This document shows, one piece after another, positions 54,301 through 64,000 of a stretch of DNA of 64,000 nt. A model generated the notes under the pieces. That model was not told the origin of the DNA, searched no databases, and worked only from the letters and a program-made list of their open reading frames with translations. Every line of letters starts with the position of its first letter. Position 1 is the first letter of the stretch. A program made the translations under genes and the position numbers. Where the stretch lies: positions 1,560 through 65,559 of the forward strand of contig DATEAT010000052.1 in assembly GCA_035288225.1 (NCBI GenBank), in the 5' to 3' direction. The DNA comes from Anaerolineales bacterium (GTDB lineage Bacteria; Chloroflexota; Anaerolineae; Anaerolineales; RBG-16-64-43).

Positions 54301-55162
54301 GCACGGGGAAGGATGGCAGGTGATAGCCCTTGAACGAAAGGTCCACCTGGCAGCGCTCGGCAATGAGCTGCGTCTGATGGACCGCCTGCGGGACCTCTGC
54401 GAAGAGGCGCAGCATTTCCTCCTCGCTGCGCATGAAGTAGCTGCCGTCGGACATGCGCATGCGGTTGGGCTCGGTGACCAAAGCGCCCGTTTGGATGCAG
54501 AGCAGGATGTCGTGGGCGGCGCTATCTTCGGGCATCACGTAATGCACATCATTGGTGGCCACCAGCTTCGCCTGGTAGCGCGGGGCCAGTTCCACCAGGC
54601 GCCGGTTGACCGCGTGCAGCTCGGGGATCTCGTGATGCTGCAGCTCGAGGAAGAACCTATCGCGCCCGAAGACTTCGAAATACCAATCCAGCAGGCGTGA
54701 GGCTTCGCTATCGCGGCCGTCATTCAGCGCGCGCGGCACCTCGGCCGCCAGGCAGCCGGAGGTGCAAATCAGACCCTCAGAATGCGACGCGAGGAAGTCG
54801 TGGTCGATGCGGGGTTTGTAGTAGAAGCCCTCGAGTTGTGCCGCGGTGGCAATCTGGAGGAGATTGCGGTAGCCGGTATCGTTTTCGGCCAGGAGCAGCA
54901 GATGGAAGGGATCGCGGTCGATGCGTGAGTCCCTCTCGGTCATCCCGCGGGTGGCAAGGTAGGCCTCCACCCCGATGACCGGACGGACTCCCGCGGCAGT
55001 GGCGGCGTTGAAGAACTCCACCACGCCAAACAGCGTGCCGTGGTCGGTGAGTGCCAGCGCGGGCATTCCAAGTTCCTTGGCCCGCGCCACCAGGCGCTTA
55101 ACCTTGCCTTGCCCATCGAGCAGTGAATACTCAGAATGCACGTGCAGATGGACAAAGGACAT
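51353..55162 (-). CDS. dnaE: DNA polymerase III alpha subunit with ~230-aa C-terminal extension
   Basis: The PHP domain starts MSFVHLHVHSEYSLLDG, followed by a polymerase core and an OB domain. A Pro/Ala-rich linker and a terminal ~85-aa module follow. Confidence 0.9.
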   Translation of the reverse strand: MSFVHLHVHSEYSLLDGQGKVKRLVARAKELGMPALALTDHGTLFGVVEFFNAATAAGVRPVIGVEAYLATRGMTERDSRIDRDPFHLLLLAENDTGYRNLLQIATAAQLEGFYYKPRIDHDFLASHSEGLICTSGCLAAEVPRALNDGRDSEASRLLDWYFEVFGRDRFFLELQHHEIPELHAVNRRLVELAPRYQAKLVATNDVHYVMPEDSAAHDILLCIQTGALVTEPNRMRMSDGSYFMRSEEEMLRLFAEVPQAVHQTQLIAERCQVDLSFKGYHLPSFPVPADLTPASYLRALCDQGLRGRFGARADEPAFGERLAYELDIIHTMGFDTYFLIVWDLCRFAREQGIWYNARGSAAGSLVAYALSITLVDPIEHGLIFERFLNPGRVSMPDIDLDFQDDQRARVLQYAADRYGHDKVAQIITFGTMAARAAVRDVGRVLDIPLSEVDKIAKLIPAIPGKPVSLGEALEDVAALKELYQKTDYVRNLVDTAAKLEGVVRNAGTHAAGVVIADRPLVEYLPLHRPTHGSLEEGPITVVTQFEMQVLEQLGLLKVDFLGLATLTLMQRACALISERQGIDLNLDCIPTDDPAIYELLGRGEVAGVFQVEGSGIRRYLMEMKPTGLDNVIAMIALYRPGPIDFIPTYIRRMHGEEKIEYRHPALEPILRETYGIPIYQEQLMRAAIEMAGYKPSEADDLRKAVAKKKAESLQAHRQRFVAGCEQRSIPRATAQAIYDDWEGFARYGFNKAHAADYGVICVQTAYLKAHFPVEFMTALLCVNRGDSEKVALYIADCRRMGIDVLPPDINHGQWDFSIEERPGSPTAIRFGLGGVKNVGEGPVLAIIEARGSERAFTGVDDFARRVDLRRVGRRALESLIRVGALDALGDRLSLLDALDQLLSVSAQHFRAAESGQLSLFAAGPSGPIEVLQLQPSRNPVPQRTVLEWERELLGLYISDHPLSPYLVQLQQAVTHFSAEWSEELNGQPVRVAGLVTHIRGHQTRTGKPMAFVTLEDLQGAIEITVFPNLWNKVKGWLKTNAIALVEGKAEYVGTTPRVLADAISPELTPSGSVKLMRPAGRATLPSPPAVPVAAPSATLEPAGAAMDPTGEPDPDWDNAPPPEPLVEALPGTVAEGLASPSASRTPVVHASGTVLAVANVEAAMLAGAPLLAPAPALRPGPAPATPRMITITLRETGDRPRDVRRLRHVHGLLASYPGQDHFALNVYEGSRAWRVEFPNETTGFGAELELRLRELLGPDSIEISPWRVQ

Positions 55163-55632
55163 CGCCGCGACACCACCCGTTCATGAATTATCGATGAGAG
55201 GGGAACAGATTGCGATTATAGCATACGGCCCGGGTGAATTACTGAACGATTCACCGACGATGGCGAGAGAGGCGGTCGTTCGACAGACGGCTTGCACAAG
55301 AGCGGGTGCGAGAGCCAACGCTCCGCGGCGGTAGAAGCCATTCCTTCGCGCCCTCAGTGACCCACGTGGCCCATGGTGCCGCCGCACTCGCATCCGAGCG
55401 CATCGTAGACAGCGCCCCAGCTGTGGGGGTAGGTGGTGCTGGGCTGCAGGGAAAGTGCGCTTCGGGGTTGCCAGTGGCGAGATGTGGCGCTGCCGCATGT
55501 TGGCAAGAGTGCAACCGAGGGTCGTGGATCGCCGACGACACAAGCCGAGGGCGCACACGGTTCGAGGCTCACTGAAGGGCCAGGGCCCGATCGGGCGAAG
55601 GCGCGGCAAGCGGCGTGTGGCCGACTCGCGAC

Positions 55633-57492
<1,860 letters not shown>

Positions 57493-57670
57493 GTTCTTTT
57501 CACATTCGCCGCCGGCGCCGGTGCGGAACCCTCCTGGCCGGCGTGTGGGACACAGCAAGGACCCCGGACTGGTGCGGCCGGGGTCGCTGCGCAGAGAGGG
57601 AGCTATGTTATCAGACATTCGGGCCTGGTGGAAGGGGTGCAGCGCCCCGAGCTTCCGCCCATCGCCCGCC

Positions 57671-57705
57671 GAGATTCCTCGCGGCCGTGGGCCGCTCGGA
57701 ATGAC
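57671..57705 (-). repeat. repeat module B, inverted copy
   Basis: The sequence is gagattcctcgcggccgtgggccgctcggaatgac. Confidence 0.65.
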
Positions 57706-57723
57706 GGGGGAGCAGCTCTTGTT

Positions 57724-57745
57724 GGGGCACGCCATGGCGTGCCCC
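57724..57745. repeat. repeat module A (perfect 22-bp palindrome)
   Basis: The sequence is ggggcacgccatggcgtgcccc, identical to the copies at 23482 and 62676. Confidence 0.85.
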
Positions 57746-57840
57746 CACGGTTATTGCAGGGAGGGCCGGGCCGCGCTTCGGCACGCCACGACGCGGCAAC
57801 CTCGGTCACAACATGCGACTCTCCTTCTGCAATTGCAGCT

Positions 57841-57892
57841 TCTCTCCTATCGCAAGTCGAGATTCCTCGGGCGCCGCGCACCCTCGGAACGA
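57841..57892 (-). repeat. repeat module B, inverted long copy
   Basis: tctctcctatcgcaagtcgagattcctcgggcgccgcgcaccctcggaacgac aligns with the reverse complement of 23398..23448. Confidence 0.7.
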
Positions 57893-57929
57893 CGGATGTG
57901 CGTGGTTATAATGATGCGTCGAGGTAAAC

Positions 57930-59390
57930 ATGGGTTTCCGACGAGGGATTCGGTTTCATCGTGAGCGCGGCCTGCCGCCGCTCGTGCTCGGCCTGATTGG
58001 GTTTGCCGTCGGCTTCGCCGCGATCTCGCTGCTGCTCGCGCCGCGCGTTGTGGCAGTTCGCCCGGCGGCCGACGAGGCGGCGGGCGCCTTTGCCCCATTC
58101 ACGATTCGCTTCTCGGTCCCCATGGACGAAGACAGCGTGGAAGCCAACCTGCACCTTTCGCCAGAGGTGAGCACCTCCGCGCGCTGGGATGGAACCACAC
58201 TTCAACTTGTGCCCGCCGCCCCGTGGCCCACGGACAGCGACGTGCGCATCTCGCTCGCCCTTGGCGCGCGCTCGCAGAATGGCTTGCCCCTCCTGCGGTC
58301 GCACCAGTGGCATTTCTCAACCGCAGGTCTGCGTGTGCTGTATCTCCAGCACACGGCCGAGATCTATGAAATCGTGGTCCAACCCCTGGAGGGTGAAGCG
58401 GGCCGCGCCCTCATCCAGAGCCCGTTGCCGATCCTCGAGTACGACGTCAGTCCAAGCGGCACCTTTCTCGTGTACAGCGTCGGGGCCTCGGATACTCAAT
58501 CGGACCTGTGGTACCTCGCGTTGGATGGATCGGCACCTCATAGGCTGCTCAATTGTGAGGGGGATCAGTGCCGCAACCCGGCCATTGCCGGCGACGGTCG
58601 CCGACTGGCCTACGACCGAGCGGTACTCGCGCCGAGTGTGGGCGGCATCGTCAGCGCACAGCGCCCGCGGGTTTGGATCCTCGACCTGCAGGATGGGAGC
58701 GCCCGTCCTGTGGGCGACGCCGCGCATTCCACCCGCGCCCCGGTATGGGGTCCGCAAGGCTGGCTGGCCTACTATGATGGCGACCAAGAGACCACTGTCG
58801 TCGACGATTTGCGCGGCGGTAAGACCTACGTGCCGAATGCCTCGGGCGAAGTCGGGGTGTGGACGCCGGACGGCGCGCACCTGATCTTCCCGGAGATCCG
58901 CATCGTCGACGAGCATCTGGCAGCGACGCCCACCCTCGCGATCGTACCCTCCACCTCGGCCACGCCCGACCTTGGCACGCACAGCGACACAATAGAACAG
59001 TTCTACAGTCACCTGATCTACGTCACTCTGGCCACCAATGAGAGCACCGACCTTTCGAGTTCACCATTGGTTGAGGATGCCAACGTGGCCATATCGCCGG
59101 AAGGCGACCACCTAGCATTTGGGCGCAAATATCTCGACGCTGAACACTGGTCGCCGGGGCGCCAGTTGTGGGTGATGAATCTCGACGGGACGCAGGCGCG
59201 GCAGCTTACATACGCCCCAGCCTTCAACGCCTCCTCGATCCGCTGGAGCCCAGACGGCTCACTCCTGCTCTTCATGCGCTTCGACCAGACGCACGTCTCG
59301 CTGCCGCCGGAGGTGTGGGTAACGACGGCCACCGGCGAGAATCCGCGACAACTGGCGACTGGAGCATACCTGCCACGATGGTTGCCATAG
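57930..59390 (+). CDS. membrane-anchored protein with Ig-like (SbsA-type) domain and TolB-like PD40 beta-propeller repeats
   Basis: It has an N-terminal TM anchor. [28 protein letters not shown] is Ig-like. Repeated P(A/E)(I/W)SPDG(S/R)xLA(F/Y) motifs are present. Confidence 0.7.
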   Translation: MGFRRGIRFHRERGLPPLVLGLIGFAVGFAAISLLLAPRVVAVRPAADEAAGAFAPFTIRFSVPMDEDSVEANLHLSPEVSTSARWDGTTLQLVPAAPWPTDSDVRISLALGARSQNGLPLLRSHQWHFSTAGLRVLYLQHTAEIYEIVVQPLEGEAGRALIQSPLPILEYDVSPSGTFLVYSVGASDTQSDLWYLALDGSAPHRLLNCEGDQCRNPAIAGDGRRLAYDRAVLAPSVGGIVSAQRPRVWILDLQDGSARPVGDAAHSTRAPVWGPQGWLAYYDGDQETTVVDDLRGGKTYVPNASGEVGVWTPDGAHLIFPEIRIVDEHLAATPTLAIVPSTSATPDLGTHSDTIEQFYSHLIYVTLATNESTDLSSSPLVEDANVAISPEGDHLAFGRKYLDAEHWSPGRQLWVMNLDGTQARQLTYAPAFNASSIRWSPDGSLLLFMRFDQTHVSLPPEVWVTTATGENPRQLATGAYLPRWLP

Positions 59391-59887
59391 GCGACAGGCT
59401 GCCCGATATTGAGCTAAGGGATCTGCACGGCGAGCCGCATATGCTCGCCGCCGCCGATGGCCACGTCAAGGTGATCATCCTGTGGTCCGCGGAGTGCCCG
59501 GCGGTGCGCCTGGTCGAGCCGCGACTCGCGTCTCTGCAGCGGGGATGGCCGGCGGTTGTCAGCGTACTGTTCGTGGCCCCCAACGCCAATGAGCCGCGCG
59601 AAATGTTGCAGGACGCGGCGCGGGCGCACAGCATCGAACCGCTGCTTGTGGATGACGGTGGGCGAGTGGCCGATCGGCTTGGGGGGACAGCCACGCCGCA
59701 GGCGATGGTGATCGACGGCGAAGGTTGCCTGCGCTACCGCGGTGCTGTGGACGACAGCACGATGAGGCAGCGAGAGCCCACCCGCCACTTTCTCGCGGAT
59801 GCGGTCATGGCCGTCTTGGCGGGCGGTTCGCCCGAACCGGCCGAGACGCCGACATACGGGTGCGTGATTGTGCGGGAGATTAGCTAG
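59378..59887 (+). CDS. thioredoxin-fold (redoxin/TlpA-like) protein with monothiol CPAV site
   Basis: The start at 59378 is [28 protein letters not shown] sits where WCxxC is expected. It overlaps the preceding gene by 13 nt. Confidence 0.6.
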   Translation: MVAIGDRLPDIELRDLHGEPHMLAAADGHVKVIILWSAECPAVRLVEPRLASLQRGWPAVVSVLFVAPNANEPREMLQDAARAHSIEPLLVDDGGRVADRLGGTATPQAMVIDGEGCLRYRGAVDDSTMRQREPTRHFLADAVMAVLAGGSPEPAETPTYGCVIVREIS

Positions 59888-60030
59888 GCGTCGGCAAGTT
59901 GGCGGTCTCTTCGGTTACATCTTCGAGGACCGCAATTGGGGCTCCCCCAGCATCTGAGGTGCAACAAACTGCTCGGGCGCAACATGCGCCCGCGCGGCGA
60001 CACACGTGCCAAGCCCAATTCGCCTCGCTC

Positions 60031-60801
60031 TCAGGCGCCCTGCGGTTCGTCCAGCCTTGCGTATGTGCGCATGATCATGCGCAGCGTAATCCGCACCCGC
60101 CTCTCGCCGCGAGCCTCACGCTCCAGCTCTCGAGCGCGGGCGAGCAACCTATCCGGAAGGATGACCCAATCCTCCATGTTGGCGGCGACGTAGACTGTCA
60201 TCTCCTCCACGGAATCCCACAAATAAGCAAAGGGGAAGGTTGCCTGGTCAATGCGGCGGAACAGCCCGCCGCGCTCGACCGCATGCATGGCCGCGTCCGC
60301 CGCGCGATCATCGACCGTATTCGGGCTGTCATCCACTCGCCCGGCGCGCGCTACCCGACCGGACCCCACGATCTCGAGCGGCCAGCGTGCCGCGACGGGA
60401 CGCACATCCACCAGCATCCCATTCGGCGCGAGGGCCGTCCAGATCCGCTCCAGGGCATGCACCATGCCCTCGTGGCGTATTCATCACAGAGACCATGCCA
60501 GAATCGCCCGGTCGAACTTCGCATGCCGCATCGGGAGATGTTCGGCGTCGGCCTGCACGAAGTGCAGCCGCTCACGCCATTCCGCAGGGCACCCGTTGCG
60601 CGCCGCGCTCAGGCGCTCAAGATTTGGATCGATGGCCACGGCGGACCGGGTTGCGTGCGCGTAGCGCCAGGTCAGCCGTCCTTCCCCACAGCCCACCTCA
60701 AGCACACGCGCGCCCGAGAGACCGCCGATCTGATGCAGGAACCGTGTCTCATTCCCGTGGGGATCGCGCTCGAGCGGCATCTGCCTCTCCTCCATTGTCA
60801 T
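60031..60801 (-). pseudogene. class I SAM-dependent methyltransferase interrupted by in-frame TGA TGA
   Basis: Track ORFs 60484..60801 (VLEVGCGEGRLT ... FDRAILAWSL*) and 60031..60465 (MVHALERIWTALAPNGMLVDV...) are in the same frame. They are separated only by TGATGA plus five sense codons. Confidence 0.55.
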
Positions 60802-60905
60802 TGCGCAAAGCCAAGCGCATCATACCCTCAAACCCGCGGTCAGAGAGGCGCCTTCACTGTCAACACGAAAGGTAAGTGTTCCGATCTCGCCAGGCGCTGG
60901 ATGGC

Positions 60906-60927
60906 GGGGCACGCCATGACGTGCAGC
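60906..60927. repeat. repeat module A, degenerate copy
   Basis: The sequence is ggggcacgccatgacgtgcagc. Confidence 0.55.
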
Positions 60928-61059
60928 AACAAGGGCTGCTCGTCCGTCACTCTGAAGGCAAACAGGCCGAGAGTCCTCTCGGCCTGCGTCCACGTCGCGC
61001 CCTCACATAGCATTCATTCGTGCGCGGGACCCGTGCGAATACCCGACCCACACGGTCGG

Positions 61060-61079
61060 GCGTAAGGCGTGCTGCCCTC
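61060..61079 (+). repeat. repeat module C, copy 4 (2-nt deletion)
   Basis: The sequence is gcgtaaggcgtgctgccctc. Confidence 0.65.
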
Positions 61080-61117
61080 ATCCTGATGTGCTTCATCTCC
61101 CGGCCAACCGCACGCTC

Positions 61118-62602
61118 TCAGTGCCCGCTTCCCGGGCCTGCTATTCCTTGGAAGATATCCGGCGCCTCCGGCCCGTCAACCAGCAGGAAGCCGAGCAGTC
61201 CTCGTTCCAGGCGCGAGAGGGCATGATCCACCAGAAGGAACCTGCCCGGCACCTGCACCTTGAATTCCACCATAGTCGCGCCGCCGGGTGGCACGAGCGT
61301 GGTCTGAACGTCGGTGAGCGGCTTGGCGGTGAGCGAGGCTTGGTCGTACACGCGATCGAAGATTTCGCCGATCACGTGGAACGACGACACTTTGTTCGGC
61401 CCGCCCACGCCGAAAAAGATGCGCACGGTCTCGCCCACGCTCGCCTTTAGCGGGTGTTCGGTCGTGAGCCCGCCCACCGCACCGTTGAGCAGGTAGTACT
61501 CGGGCGCCTCATCCAGCAGCTTCTCAGTCGAAAAGGTCAAGCGGCCTTTGCTGCCGAAGGGCTCCGCAGTATAGAAGTCGCCTTGCATCACGTAGTATTC
61601 TCGGTCCACGGCGGGCAGCCCGCCCGGCGGCTCGACCAGGATGAGCCCATACATGCCGTTGGCGATGTGATGCGCCACCATGGGCGTGGCGCAGTGGTAG
61701 ACGTACAGCCCCGCGTTGAGCGCCTTGAAGGTGAAGCTGGTTTCGCCTCCGGGCTGAGTCTGGGTGGCCACCGCCCCGCCGCCCGGCCCGGTCACCGCGT
61801 GGAAGTCGACCGAATGCAGCATCGTGCTGCTGGAGGCGTTCTTGAGATGGACCTCTACCGTATCGCCCTGGCGCACGCGCACGAAGGGGCCGGGCACTTT
61901 GCCGTTGAAAGTCCAGAACGAATAGCTTGCCCCATCGGCGAGGCGCCCGACCAGCTCGACAGTCTCCAGGTCGAGGCGCAGCGACTGTGCGCTTCGACCG
62001 CCGATCGGCGCGGGCAGATCGGCTGGGTCGCGCACGACGCTGATGGCCTGGGGTTCGTCCCCCGCCGTCCCGCCGCCCTCGCCCACAACGAACGTGCCCT
62101 CCATCCCGGCCGCGCGATGGCCGGGGACGGTACAGTAGTACGCTAAGTCGCCGGACTCTTCGGCGCGGAAGGTCACTGTTATCGAGGCGCCTTTACCTTG
62201 CACCCTAGCCGAAGCCACACCCAGTTCCTGAATGGCCACATCGTGTTCGGCGCCTTCGCCGCTGATCAAGGTAATCTCGACCACCTCGCCCGGGCGCGCC
62301 CGGAGCGTAGGATTGATCGAGCCCTCAATGCCCGGGCTGCGGCCGATGAACACCATGCGCCCCTCAGCCAGCCCGGATTCGAGGACGAAGCGCAGCGTGG
62401 CCTCGCTCGCAGCCTCGGTTATCACATCTGCGTTCGGCATCGTGCCCGGGTCCGTCGCCGAATTGTCCTCGGCGGTCGCTGCCGCGAAGGTGGGGATCGG
62501 TGTGGGCGCTGCATCCACTGCTCCCGGTGAGGCGCACCCGGCCAGCATGCCTGCAGCGATCAGCAGGGTAACGATCGTCGCGATCTGGCGTCTAGTCGTC
62601 AC
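61118..62602 (-). CDS. nirK: copper-containing nitrite reductase with additional N-terminal cupredoxin domain; lipoprotein
   Basis: The lipobox is MLAGC. The N-terminal cupredoxin shows YYCTVPGHRAAGM. The NirK core has HSVDFHAVTGPGGG (T2 Cu His) and YVYHCATPMVAHHIANGMYG (T1 Cu Cys-His-Met). Confidence 0.8.
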   Translation of the reverse strand: MTTRRQIATIVTLLIAAGMLAGCASPGAVDAAPTPIPTFAAATAEDNSATDPGTMPNADVITEAASEATLRFVLESGLAEGRMVFIGRSPGIEGSINPTLRARPGEVVEITLISGEGAEHDVAIQELGVASARVQGKGASITVTFRAEESGDLAYYCTVPGHRAAGMEGTFVVGEGGGTAGDEPQAISVVRDPADLPAPIGGRSAQSLRLDLETVELVGRLADGASYSFWTFNGKVPGPFVRVRQGDTVEVHLKNASSSTMLHSVDFHAVTGPGGGAVATQTQPGGETSFTFKALNAGLYVYHCATPMVAHHIANGMYGLILVEPPGGLPAVDREYYVMQGDFYTAEPFGSKGRLTFSTEKLLDEAPEYYLLNGAVGGLTTEHPLKASVGETVRIFFGVGGPNKVSSFHVIGEIFDRVYDQASLTAKPLTDVQTTLVPPGGATMVEFKVQVPGRFLLVDHALSRLERGLLGFLLVDGPEAPDIFQGIAGPGSGH

Positions 62603-62675
62603 TCGTTCTCTCCTCGTGTGATGGTTGACGAATCGGCCTGCCGCTCCTCGGAATGCCGGGAAAGCGGTCCTTGTT

Positions 62676-62697
62676 GGGGCACGCCATGGCGTGCCCC
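62676..62697. repeat. repeat module A (perfect 22-bp palindrome)
   Basis: The sequence is ggggcacgccatggcgtgcccc. Confidence 0.85.
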
Positions 62698-62817
62698 TAC
62701 TGTAATTGCGACGAGTCCCCCACTGCTCTCTCTCGCCCGGCTGCGCGTCAACTCGCGTTCCCCTCTTACGCTCCTCCCAACGCGGCTACAGCGCGCCTGC
62801 CACTCCCACGCGGGCAA

Positions 62818-62839
62818 GCGTAAGGCATGCTGTGCCCTC
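62818..62839 (+). repeat. repeat module C, copy 5
   Basis: The sequence is gcgtaaggcatgctgtgccctc. Confidence 0.7.
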
Positions 62840-62887
62840 TCCATGATCGGCGCAGGTACCTCGACGCATTGACCGCGGCCGGGCAGA

Positions 62888-63907
62888 TCATGTCACGCCC
62901 GCTTCACGCCGGGCACGCACCAGGCGCGCGGTCAGAAGAGGGACCACGTCGTTCCAATCGCCAACGATCCCATAGTCGCAATCCGCGAAGATCGGCGCCT
63001 GCGGGTCGGAGTTCACCGCGAGGATCAACCCGGCGCGCCGCAACCCGAACAGATGGTACGGCTTGCCGCTGATGCCTATTGCCACGTACAGCTTGGGCCC
63101 ATAGGCATGACCGGTTAACCCGATCTGGGTCTGGCGGGGCAGCCAGCCTTCGTCCACCACCTTGCGTGTGGCGCCCAGACCGGCGCCCAGCACGCGCGCC
63201 AATTCATCCAACGACGGGAGATTCTGCCGCCCGCCGATGCCCATCCCCACCCCGACAATAACTTGGCTGCGTTCCAGGTCGAGGACGGTGTACTCACTCG
63301 GCTGGTGATCGCGCACACGCGTACGCTTGGCCGGCAGATGGCCGACGTCCAGGTGGATGATCTCGACCATGTGCGAGCCATCCGGCGGCCAGGGTTCCAC
63401 TGCGCCCGGGCGAAGCGTGGCCATGACCGGCACTGTTCGAGAAAGGATGGGGGCGATCAGGCTGCCGGCAAAGGCCGGCTTTAGCTGCACGATGCGCGAT
63501 TGCTCGTCGACCTCCAGGCCCAGGCAATCGCCGGTCAGGCCGATCTCCAGCCGCGCCGCAACGCGCGGGGCGAGGTCGCGGCCGCTCGAGGTCGAAGCCA
63601 ATAACACCAGGTATGGTCGGCGCGCGCGAATGGCGGCGGCCAGGATGTGCGTGTGCTGCTCGAGCGAGAACTCACCCAGCGGCTCGGCATCCGCGACGTA
63701 GACAACCTCGGCACCGTGACGCGCGGCAAGCGAAGCCAGCGGAGCCACCTCATGCCCGATGAGCACGCAGGCCACCGGCCCGCCCAGGCGGGTTGCGACA
63801 CGCCGCGCTTCGGCCAGCATCTCGAACGTGACCGGGCGCAGCGTGCCCTGGTGCACCTCAGCCACAACCCACACCGCGCGGTCGGCCGAGCGCGCAGCAT
63901 GCGCCAT
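62888..63907 (-). CDS. etfA: electron transfer flavoprotein alpha subunit (EtfA/FixB); reading frame stays open upstream to the window end
   Basis: AVWVVAEVHQGTLRPVTFEMLAEARRV is the N-terminal domain. The C-terminal FAD-binding region shows VAIGISGKPYHLFG and IFADCDYGIVGD. An ATG at 63907 is a candidate start, but no stop lies between it and position 64000. Confidence 0.8.
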   Translation of the reverse strand: MAHAARSADRAVWVVAEVHQGTLRPVTFEMLAEARRVATRLGGPVACVLIGHEVAPLASLAARHGAEVVYVADAEPLGEFSLEQHTHILAAAIRARRPYLVLLASTSSGRDLAPRVAARLEIGLTGDCLGLEVDEQSRIVQLKPAFAGSLIAPILSRTVPVMATLRPGAVEPWPPDGSHMVEIIHLDVGHLPAKRTRVRDHQPSEYTVLDLERSQVIVGVGMGIGGRQNLPSLDELARVLGAGLGATRKVVDEGWLPRQTQIGLTGHAYGPKLYVAIGISGKPYHLFGLRRAGLILAVNSDPQAPIFADCDYGIVGDWNDVVPLLTARLVRARREAGVT

Positions 63908-64000
63908 CGGCGGCGCCTCACTGGCCGTGGCCCGCCATCGGCCAAACAGCCCCTCGGCCAGGAGATCGCGCACCGTCGCATCCACCACCCCCTGCGCGCC

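Noticed and set aside
60466-60486. Selenocysteine or stop-codon reassignment at the TGATGA in the methyltransferase
   Set aside because: Many genes in the window, including addB, metF, mtaB and fabF, terminate with TGA, so TGA is a stop codon here. Tandem Sec codons are implausible, and no SECIS-like hairpin follows. The interruption is treated as nonsense mutations or a split gene.

Overview
High-GC (roughly two-thirds G+C by eye) bacterial chromosomal segment. It is densely coding, with about 50 protein genes and 2 tRNAs. I saw no rRNA, CRISPR array, transposase or integrase. Gene content and the intergenic repeat families suggest a Chloroflexota-like organism, but this is inference only.

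Most of the window is housekeeping: addAB, efp, mtaB, plsX-fabF, dnaE, typA, a PPi-type phosphofructokinase, a PBP, an amino-acid ABC transporter, acyl-CoA dehydrogenase with CoA-transferase, and etfA.

The most system-like accessory locus is a ten-gene minus-strand operon at about 10.1-19.6 kb, with a sigma70-like promoter and a perfect HutC-type operator. It encodes a GntR/HutC regulator, an MttB-family methyltransferase without pyrrolysine, a RACo-type corrinoid activase and a corrinoid protein. It also encodes a stand-alone homocysteine S-methyltransferase module, DUF1638, a 'virulence-factor' domain protein, MetV/MetF and a pterin-binding methyl-THF:corrinoid methyltransferase. Together these look like a disaggregated MetH coupled to an unknown methyl donor.

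Other notable items:
- a tandem pair of PflX-like radical-SAM paralogs in which the upstream copy has lost all three CX3CX2C cysteines
- an SPFH(YdjI-like)-HTH fusion with a partner gene
- a lipoprotein NirK with an extra N-terminal cupredoxin domain
- a methyltransferase interrupted by in-frame TGATGA
- a heme-O-synthase-like gene remnant
- DnaE with a long C-terminal extension
- at least four families of short hairpin-forming repeat modules that build mosaic clusters in almost every long intergenic spacer

Many long ORFs in the supplied track are antisense or off-frame shadows of real genes and were not called.
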